Assembly (NCBI GenBank): GCA_019347805.1
Contig: JAHWKR010000003.1
Coordinates: forward strand, 1-64,000
DNA from: Methanobacteriota archaeon
GTDB taxonomy: Archaea > Thermoplasmatota > E2 > JACPAO01 > JAHWKR01
Reading direction: 5' to 3'
DNA: 64,000 bases
The stretch's first letter is position 1, and each line of letters begins with the position of its first letter. The position numbers and the translations under genes were made by a program. The notes below the pieces were generated by a model. That model did not search any database, was not told where the DNA came from, and saw nothing but the letters and a program-made list of their open reading frames with translations. This document shows positions 35,921 through 42,867 of the stretch, piece by piece.

Positions 35921-36841
35921 ATGGGTGAAACATGTCATATAGGTGGCCGCGGGAAATCCACCCGCGTGGTCCCAGGCGCCCCCAGGCGCACCTGGACCTT
36001 CCTGGCGTTCGCCGTCGTCGCGTCGATGCTGCTTTTCGCGGTCGGTCCGGCTTTTGCGGGGAACCATCAGGACAAGGGCCAGGGACGGTTCCGTGTCGAT
36101 GCCTTCACCGAGGTGCAGGTGACCGACGGGACCATCTCTCCGATCACAGTGGATCCCACCACCTCCGATCCCGGTCCTCGTGCGTTCGACAACATGGACC
36201 GGTTCCGTTTCAACACGCGCTACACGAACACGCGTCACGTCCTGTTCCTCGATGTACCGTCGGCGCAGACCGGCCAAGGGGCGTCGAGCCTCACCGTCCA
36301 GGGGGTCTCGCACCAGGTCGCGGATTGGATCCACATCCGGCAAGGCGGCGCCAGCGCGTTCGTGACGGTCGAACGCCAAGGGGTGTACGACAGTGATGCG
36401 GTTTCCTACACGGCACCAGGTGGGGCCACGCAGTCGAGCCAGGGTACGGTGGTCTTCAGGTCCTACGACAAGACGTCACCGAGCGATGGTGGGACGACGA
36501 GCACATGGTACTGGATCTATGATGCGGGACAGAACCGCTACTGGTTCGACCCCACGGACAAGGACTTCACCAACGGGAACGGTGAGGTGAGCGTCTGGCC
36601 GATCTCGAAATCGTCGGCGACCCACTACGTGTTCACCCATGGGACGAACACCTTCGGGGTGTCGGGTGTGGCGGGTTCGGCGACGGACTATGTCCCCACG
36701 GTCCGGCTCGGTTGGTTGGACCGCCCGGGACCGGGTGGGGGGCATGACCACGACGCCTATGTCCTCGTCGATTTTGCGAGCGGAACGCCTGCGGACACCT
36801 ATTCATACTCGGTACAGGGGACGATCTATGACACGGTGTAG
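35921..36841 (+). CDS. secreted protein, tandem paralog A of an uncharacterised family
   Basis: Signal RRTWTFLAFAVVASMLLFAVGPAFAG; mature protein is Thr/Ser/Gly/Tyr/Trp-rich and shares conserved blocks with the next two genes: V(Q/S)VTD.TI...T..P.TSDPGP, TNGNGE, DYVPT, AYVL(V/I)DF(A/P)SGTPADTY. Confidence 0.5.
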   Translation: MGETCHIGGRGKSTRVVPGAPRRTWTFLAFAVVASMLLFAVGPAFAGNHQDKGQGRFRVDAFTEVQVTDGTISPITVDPTTSDPGPRAFDNMDRFRFNTRYTNTRHVLFLDVPSAQTGQGASSLTVQGVSHQVADWIHIRQGGASAFVTVERQGVYDSDAVSYTAPGGATQSSQGTVVFRSYDKTSPSDGGTTSTWYWIYDAGQNRYWFDPTDKDFTNGNGEVSVWPISKSSATHYVFTHGTNTFGVSGVAGSATDYVPTVRLGWLDRPGPGGGHDHDAYVLVDFASGTPADTYSYSVQGTIYDTV

Positions 36842-37673
36842 GGAGACCCCTCTTGTCGTATCCAGACGGCGCAGGGCGCGCCCGACGCGGTGGAGCCGGA
36901 TCGCCATCGTCTTCCTTTTCCTGTTGCCGTTGTCGGCCTCACCGGGTCTGGCATTGCTCGATGTCTCTGTGACGGACGCGACCGTCGCGCAGGTGACCGC
37001 GACACCGACATCGAGCGACCCGGGCCCGGTCCTCCATTCCGCGGCGGACGGGCTCGAGTTCTCGAGCGGCCTGACGGATATCGCCGCGGCGTGGTATGCC
37101 GAATACTCGCTGGTGACGAACAACACGTCCGCCCAGGGCGCGACCGTCCAAGGCGTATCCCATACCTTCGCGGACTGGTTCTATGCCAAGCAGGACGACA
37201 ATCCGAAGTATTCGACGATGAACGTCACCGGGGTGTACGACGCGGACGCCGCGGCCTACACCGTGCCGTTGCTGTTCACCAAGTCGTCCCAAGGTACCCT
37301 CGCGCTGCGTTGGTACAACGGCACTTCCCCCACGTCTGGTGGGACGGATGTGACGATGTATTGGGCCTATGACGCGGTGGAGAACAAGTATGTCATCGGC
37401 GCCTCGAAGGACCTGTCCCTCGAGACCCAGGTCGCGCCGATCACGGCGACGCTCCAGACGACCTATGAGCGAACGATCCAAGGCAACGACTATATCGTGA
37501 AAAGCGTCGCCGCCGCCGGCTCCGATTATGTCCCCACCCTCATGCAGGGCCACCATCTGCCGCTCGTCTCCTTGCCACTCAGCCACACCTGGTATCCGCT
37601 CATGGACCCGCCGCCCGGCGTCCTGCAGGACGATTACGACTTCACGCTCCGCGTCACCGTGGTGGCGATCTGA
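36828..37673 (+). CDS. secreted protein, tandem paralog B
   Basis: Start ATG at 36828 overlaps paralog A by 14 nt. Signal RRRRARPTRWSRIAIVFLFLLPLSASPGLA; same blocks (SVTDATVAQVTATPTSSDPGP...). Confidence 0.5.
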   Translation: MTRCRETPLVVSRRRRARPTRWSRIAIVFLFLLPLSASPGLALLDVSVTDATVAQVTATPTSSDPGPVLHSAADGLEFSSGLTDIAAAWYAEYSLVTNNTSAQGATVQGVSHTFADWFYAKQDDNPKYSTMNVTGVYDADAAAYTVPLLFTKSSQGTLALRWYNGTSPTSGGTDVTMYWAYDAVENKYVIGASKDLSLETQVAPITATLQTTYERTIQGNDYIVKSVAAAGSDYVPTLMQGHHLPLVSLPLSHTWYPLMDPPPGVLQDDYDFTLRVTVVAI

Positions 37674-37836
37674 GGTGCGGGTCGTGGTCCGTCAGATCAT
37701 GTCGTGTGTTGCCGTGGCGACCATGGTTCCGGTCGCTCGGGGTCACCGCTGACGGCCCTTTCGGACGACGCTTCGTCGTCTCCTCTTCTGAGGACGTCTG
37801 AAAGCAGGGGTTTGTCGACTTCCCCGCGGCTTCGAG

Positions 37837-37852
37837 GATGCAGACGAAGGTT
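37837..37852 (+). promoter_or_regulatory. putative archaeal BRE/TATA promoter element (aaggttgatatatcga), copy 1
   Basis: AT-rich 16-mer inside a GC-rich spacer, ~60 nt upstream of ATG 37914; identical 16-mer at 42165. Confidence 0.4.
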
Positions 37853-37913
37853 GATATATCGAACGAGGAAAGTGACCGCTGTCCCGACCGGGTGGGTCGT
37901 CAGGAGATCAGCC

Positions 37914-38828
37914 ATGCACACCAAAAACGGCGTCGAACGGTCCTGCCGTCGCCTTTTCTCATCGCCCAAGAGCAGCTTGACGTTCCTCATGGCCCTCGCC
38001 ATCGCCTTCGGGCTGGCCCTCGCTCCGGCGACCCATGCGGCGACGAGTGGTACCGGGACGGTCTCGGCCACGGTGGGTAAGTTCGTCGAACTGTCCGTGA
38101 CGGACGCCACGATCGCCGCGTTCAGCGCCAGTCCGACCTCGAGCGACCCCGGGCCGGTGGTCAAGGACAACACCGACCATTTCCGTTTCTCGAACGTCTT
38201 CTCGAACACGCGCGCGATGTTCAGCATGGACATCACCTCCGCGACGGACGGTTCCGCATCCGCGACGAAGACGATCCAGGGCACGACACACACCATCGCC
38301 GATTGGGTCTACCTGCGCCAGGACGCGAACCAGAAGTATGGCACCTATGAGACGACCGGCGTCTACGACGCCTCCGCCGCCTCCTATACTGCGCCCGGTG
38401 GTTTCACCAAGGACTCCCAAGGGACCTTCCAGATCAAGACCTACGACAAGGACAGCCCCACCGACGGCGGCGACAGCACGATCACGGTCAACTGGATCTA
38501 TGAATCGGCTGGCAACCGCTACTATTTCGACGCCGTCGACAAGGACTTCACGAACGGCAACGGCGAGGCCCAGGTCAATCCGTCCTCGAAGACGGACCAG
38601 GCTTCGGGATACACCTACACCGCAGGGACCAACGCTTATGGTGTCACTTCGGTCGCGAACTCGGGCAGCAATTATGTGCCGACCGTGCGCATGGCGTGGC
38701 AGGTCGACTATTCGACCGCGGCGTCCGTCACGAAGGATGCCTACGTGCTCATCGATTTCCCGAGCGGCACTCCGGCGGACACCTACAGCATCACCTTGAC
38801 CGCCACGGTCACGCAGTTGACGTCGTGA
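37914..38828 (+). CDS. secreted protein, tandem paralog C
   Basis: Start ATG at 37914; signal LTFLMALAIAFGLALAPATHAA; blocks SVTDATIAAFSASPTSSDPGP, TNGNGEAQV, NYVPTVRM, AYVLIDFPSGTPADTYSITL. Preceded by the TATA-like motif at 37837. Confidence 0.5.
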   Translation: MHTKNGVERSCRRLFSSPKSSLTFLMALAIAFGLALAPATHAATSGTGTVSATVGKFVELSVTDATIAAFSASPTSSDPGPVVKDNTDHFRFSNVFSNTRAMFSMDITSATDGSASATKTIQGTTHTIADWVYLRQDANQKYGTYETTGVYDASAASYTAPGGFTKDSQGTFQIKTYDKDSPTDGGDSTITVNWIYESAGNRYYFDAVDKDFTNGNGEAQVNPSSKTDQASGYTYTAGTNAYGVTSVANSGSNYVPTVRMAWQVDYSTAASVTKDAYVLIDFPSGTPADTYSITLTATVTQLTS

Positions 38829-38886
38829 GGGCGTAGGACCCGGCGGGAACGATCGGGCACGGTCGACCGTCGGGACGAGGTCGACC

Positions 38887-40827
38887 ATGTCCCCACAACA
38901 TCGTCCGGCGCATCGGCCCCTGGCGCGACGCCAGGGCGGAGCGCCCGGACGGCGTGTCGCTTTCGCCTTCGTCCTCTTCCTCTTCTTCGGAGCCCTCGGA
39001 CTCGGTGTGCTCCCACCGACCCAGGCCCAGATCGGCACCACTCCAGGTAAGGTCGACGCGGGTCCATTGGTTCGCGGGGCGACCGCGACGGCGACCTTCG
39101 AGGTGCGCAACGGTGGCACGGAGGCGATCACCGTCGACCTTTCGACCGAGGGCGACCCGTATGGTGCCCTCACGGTCAGCCCGACCGAGGCGACCGTCGC
39201 GGCTGGCGGCACGACGACGATCACGGTGACCATCCATGTGCCCGCGAGCGCCGCACCGGGCCGCCACGAAGTCTCCGTCGTCGCCGCGGAGCGCCCCGAG
39301 CGGTCGGGCAACACGGCGTTCGCCGCCGCGCGGACGACGGTGGTCTATACGGTCGCGGCCGCCGACCTCGCCTATCTCGATGTGCTCGCTGACGGCACGG
39401 TGGTGAGCAGGCTGGTGAACGGCCACGGGACGGAACGGACGATGGACCTCCATGTGCGGACCTCGTCCAGTGGCTCGACGGTGCAGACGCTTCATGGTGC
39501 ACCTGCGTCCGTGGCGGCGGGCGCGTCGCATTTCCACGGACTCGTCCTCAATCCTTCTGCCCATGCCGAGGGGCCGTACACGCTCGCCGTGAACGGCACG
39601 GTGACCGGCGGCGATGGGCCCGTGACCTGGAGCCGGACCTATGCTCTCACCCGCACGTCGTCCGGCTTCATGCGCGGGAACGTCACTTCTTCGTCCGCGC
39701 CCAGTGGGGGCGGAGGGGGCGGAGGTGGAGGCGGCGGAGGGGGCGGTGCACCACCCACCACCCCGGATGTGAAGCACGAGAACAAGACACCGCTTCCCAC
39801 GACCAAGGTCTTCCAGCAGACCGTGACCGGGGTCGCCACACCACAAGGTACGACCTACACCTCCACATCCCAGACCCTTCGTGCGAACGACGTCCTCGCG
39901 GTCTCCGTCCTGGACGCCACCATCGAAGAGGTGCGCCTCGAGGTGCGACAGGATGTGGAAGATGCGCGTCTTGTCTTCACCGACCACACGACACCCCCGG
40001 AAGCGACCGACCTCCCTTCGACGGTCGGGTTCGCGCGGCATTTTCAGATCAAGGCCTACGACGGTGATGCGCTGCTCCCGAACGACGCTCTCGAACGGGT
40101 CCTCTTCCGTTTCGTGTTGGAGTCGGACGCGCTCGCCGAGGGCGGGCTCGACCCGGACGATGTCGTCCTGGTGCACGAGTTCCCGGGCCATGGCTGGTTC
40201 GACGAGCCGACGCGCTACAGCGTCGCACCGGACGGTCGGTACAGCTTCGAAGCGGAGATGCGGAGCCTGAGCGTCTTCGCCGCGGTCGACCGGAACACGG
40301 TCCCTGAGGCGTTCGTCACTCCGGCGCCGGGCGAGACGGGGTCGTCGCGCGACGTCGTGCCGCCGCGCGTCCTTGCTTTCGAGCTCCCCGAGGGGCCGCT
40401 CGAGGGGCCGGTCGACATCCGGTTCGTCGCCGAGGATCCTTCCGGTCTTGGTTCGGTGGTGCTTTTCGTCGATGATCGGCGCCAGACCAAGGTGCGTGCA
40501 CTGGATGGTCTCCTCGAGTTCGACACGACGCTGCTCACCGACGGCGCCCACACGTTCCACATCGTCGTCACCGATGGCGCGGGCAATCCAGCGAAGAGCG
40601 AGCGGCTCGAGCGGACGGTGCAGAACGATGCCGTCGTCCCTCCCGCTCCCGAAGTGTCGACATGGGCGGCGGCCATCATCATGGTGGTGACCTCATTCGT
40701 CTCGTTCGCCCTCTTCGTCGCGACCGGCTGGGTCTGGCACAAGGTGCGTCGGCCGAAGCGGTCGCGGCGCGGCGGGTCTGAGGAGCCCCGTCCGATGCCC
40801 GGGACCCTGGCAGACGAGGGACGTTAG
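38887..40827 (+). CDS. large cell-surface protein with C-terminal TM anchor and Arg-rich tail
   Basis: Signal peptide; N-terminal beta-sandwich-like domain (GKVDAGPLVRGATATATFEVRNGGTEAITVDL...); Gly14 linker (coding run gggggcggaggg... at ~39700-39760); C-terminal TM ...AAIIMVVTSFVSFALFVATGW followed by KVRRPKRSRRGG. Confidence 0.55.
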   Translation: MSPQHRPAHRPLARRQGGAPGRRVAFAFVLFLFFGALGLGVLPPTQAQIGTTPGKVDAGPLVRGATATATFEVRNGGTEAITVDLSTEGDPYGALTVSPTEATVAAGGTTTITVTIHVPASAAPGRHEVSVVAAERPERSGNTAFAAARTTVVYTVAAADLAYLDVLADGTVVSRLVNGHGTERTMDLHVRTSSSGSTVQTLHGAPASVAAGASHFHGLVLNPSAHAEGPYTLAVNGTVTGGDGPVTWSRTYALTRTSSGFMRGNVTSSSAPSGGGGGGGGGGGGGGAPPTTPDVKHENKTPLPTTKVFQQTVTGVATPQGTTYTSTSQTLRANDVLAVSVLDATIEEVRLEVRQDVEDARLVFTDHTTPPEATDLPSTVGFARHFQIKAYDGDALLPNDALERVLFRFVLESDALAEGGLDPDDVVLVHEFPGHGWFDEPTRYSVAPDGRYSFEAEMRSLSVFAAVDRNTVPEAFVTPAPGETGSSRDVVPPRVLAFELPEGPLEGPVDIRFVAEDPSGLGSVVLFVDDRRQTKVRALDGLLEFDTTLLTDGAHTFHIVVTDGAGNPAKSERLERTVQNDAVVPPAPEVSTWAAAIIMVVTSFVSFALFVATGWVWHKVRRPKRSRRGGSEEPRPMPGTLADEGR

Positions 40828-40864
40828 CGCAGCCTTTAGGAGTGGAAGCGCGCCATCCGCGCCC

Positions 40865-42097
40865 ATGGCCCGTCCCTCGGCCGTCGCCCTGGCCCTGACC
40901 CTCCTCGTGGGGCTCTTCGTCGTCCCGACCATCCATGCCGACCTTGGTGTGGACCGTCAGACGTTCCAGTTGGGTAAGGTCGACCCGGGTCTTGAGACGG
41001 TGCGCTTCGTCAATGTCACGAACAAGGGCACGAGCGAGACTTCGGTCGTCGCGCAGGTGGAGTGCGCCTGTGACAGGTGGGTGACGGTGGAGCCTGGTTC
41101 GTTCACGCTCGCTGCCGGAGCCACCCAGCAAGTACGGCTCGAGGTCGCGGTCGGTCTGGAACCGGACCCTGGTATCCACGATTATGATGTCCGCTTCACC
41201 GAGGTGACGGATGCAGCGAGCGGGGGGACGGCGAAAGGGGCCATCGGCGTCAAGCTCAACTTCTTCGTGCGGACAGCCGGTCTTTTCCTCACGCACACCG
41301 GCGCCCAGGGGGAGACGCTCTACGATTTGGCCGACGACGGCACGTTCGGGTTCAACCTGGTCAACGGGTTCGAGGAGGGGCTCGACGTCACGGTCTCCGG
41401 CGCGGTCTCCAGGGACGGCGACTCCTATGAGGTCGGTCCGGTACGTTTCGATGCGGAACCTGGAGGCGACGCGGCATCCTCCAACCGGCACCGTGTCCAG
41501 ACCGGGATCACGCCCGATTCGGAGCCAGGGATCTATGAGCTGCGGTTGATGGCCGAGTGGTCGAACAAGGAGACCGGGGAGACGGGCTCGGTCGGTCCGC
41601 GCACGGTCCACATCAACATCGGCACTTCGGCGGAGCTGAGGGATTTCACCGCCACGGTCGAAGGCGACGCGGTCCGCTTCACTGGCACGATCGTCAACAC
41701 GGGCGGCACGACCATCGAGGCACGTATGGTGGTCGAGGTGCGCGAGGGCGGGAACCCAGACCTGTCACGGCTCGAGAGCGACCTCGTCACCATCGCCCCG
41801 GATGGCGAGAACACGCGTGACCTGCTGTGGGAGAACGCCCGGGAGTCGACATACTCGGCGACCGCTTATGCTGTTTTCAAGACCGCAGGGGAGGGAAGTG
41901 CCTTCTTCGCCGAAGGCCCAAGGAGCGGCGAGACGGGCTTTGTCGTCGGTGACCCTGAGGCCGACGGGTCGCCCGAGGGGACGGAGGGCCCTGCCGACGA
42001 CGGACGCGACTTGACGACGACGATCCTGGTCGCTGCGGGTGTCGGACTTCTGGTGGGCGCCGCGGTGGCGTTCGTGGCGCTGCGAAAACGGGGATGA
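40865..42097 (+). CDS. cell-surface protein with C-terminal TM anchor (paralogous N-domain to 38887..40827)
   Basis: Signal peptide; N-domain LGKVDPGLETVRFVNVTNKGTSETSVV resembles the N-domain of the previous gene; C-terminal TTTILVAAGVGLLVGAAVAFVALRKRG. Confidence 0.55.
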   Translation: MARPSAVALALTLLVGLFVVPTIHADLGVDRQTFQLGKVDPGLETVRFVNVTNKGTSETSVVAQVECACDRWVTVEPGSFTLAAGATQQVRLEVAVGLEPDPGIHDYDVRFTEVTDAASGGTAKGAIGVKLNFFVRTAGLFLTHTGAQGETLYDLADDGTFGFNLVNGFEEGLDVTVSGAVSRDGDSYEVGPVRFDAEPGGDAASSNRHRVQTGITPDSEPGIYELRLMAEWSNKETGETGSVGPRTVHINIGTSAELRDFTATVEGDAVRFTGTIVNTGGTTIEARMVVEVREGGNPDLSRLESDLVTIAPDGENTRDLLWENARESTYSATAYAVFKTAGEGSAFFAEGPRSGETGFVVGDPEADGSPEGTEGPADDGRDLTTTILVAAGVGLLVGAAVAFVALRKRG

Positions 42098-42164
42098 ACC
42101 GCCTCGCCACCCGCGACATTGTCGACCGGTGCATCCGGCCCCTGCCCTGACGACACTCGCCCGT

Positions 42165-42180
42165 AAGGTTGATATATCGA
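42165..42180 (+). promoter_or_regulatory. putative BRE/TATA promoter element (aaggttgatatatcga), copy 2
   Basis: Exact copy of the 16-mer at 37837, ~95 nt upstream of ATG 42274. Followed by the direct half-repeats ccaaggttccc / cccaagggttgcc. Confidence 0.4.
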
Positions 42181-42273
42181 CCCTATCCAAGGTTCCCTTT
42201 CCCAAGGGTTGCCATGAGGATCTGACGGGTCCGAAGATCCGGCCTCCCGGTATTCCGACGACTGGCGGCGATC

Positions 42274-42867
42274 ATGATTCCTTTACTGGCGATACAAGGC
42301 GGCGGGGCGCTCCTGGTGATGTCCGGATGGCTCACTTTCTTGGCCAGCCGCTTTGAACTCGGACCGGTGTCGACGCTCGTCGCGGCGATGGGCCCCTTGC
42401 CTTTCTTGTCGTGGATCTTCTCGTCTTTTGTCGTGGGGATCGTACTGGTCGTGGCAGCGTCCCGACCGGGGACGGCTCGACATCAGGTCCGCTATGCGAC
42501 CGGTAGCACGTTACTGGCGTCAGCCGCAGAAGCGCGGACCGCCACGTCAACACGATCTGGCGCAGGTTCTCTGAACGACCCTTCGGCGGCGCTCCGGGTC
42601 TTCGAACGGGTCATGGCCGGCTCCATGCAGACGGTCCCCAACGGTGACACGTCGTTCGACATGGATCTCAAGGACATGGACCGGACATCTTCCGCGATCG
42701 AGCGCCGGATCGCGGACACAAAGATCCGTTTCGCCCTCGGCAAGATCTCGGTGGAAGCCTACCACCAGGAGATGGACACCTTGGACATCGAGTGGCGTCG
42801 CGCCCTCGGCCTCGTCGAACTGCGCGGACGACACGCGGGCGCCGATCTGATCCGGCCTCGGACGTAG
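42274..42867 (+). CDS. 2-TM membrane protein with C-terminal SHOCT-like domain
   Basis: Two N-terminal TM helices. The C-terminus RFALGKISVEAYHQEMDTLDIEWRRALGL resembles the SHOCT motif (GxIxxEEYxxxkxxL). Confidence 0.45.
   Translation: MIPLLAIQGGGALLVMSGWLTFLASRFELGPVSTLVAAMGPLPFLSWIFSSFVVGIVLVVAASRPGTARHQVRYATGSTLLASAAEARTATSTRSGAGSLNDPSAALRVFERVMAGSMQTVPNGDTSFDMDLKDMDRTSSAIERRIADTKIRFALGKISVEAYHQEMDTLDIEWRRALGLVELRGRHAGADLIRPRT

Noticed and set aside
39700-39760. G-rich run (gggggcggagggggcggaggtggaggcggcggagggggcggt) as a possible G-quadruplex or phase-variation tract
   Set aside because: It is in frame and encodes a Gly14 linker in a surface protein; it is a slippage-prone simple repeat, but it gives no evidence of switching within a single sequence.
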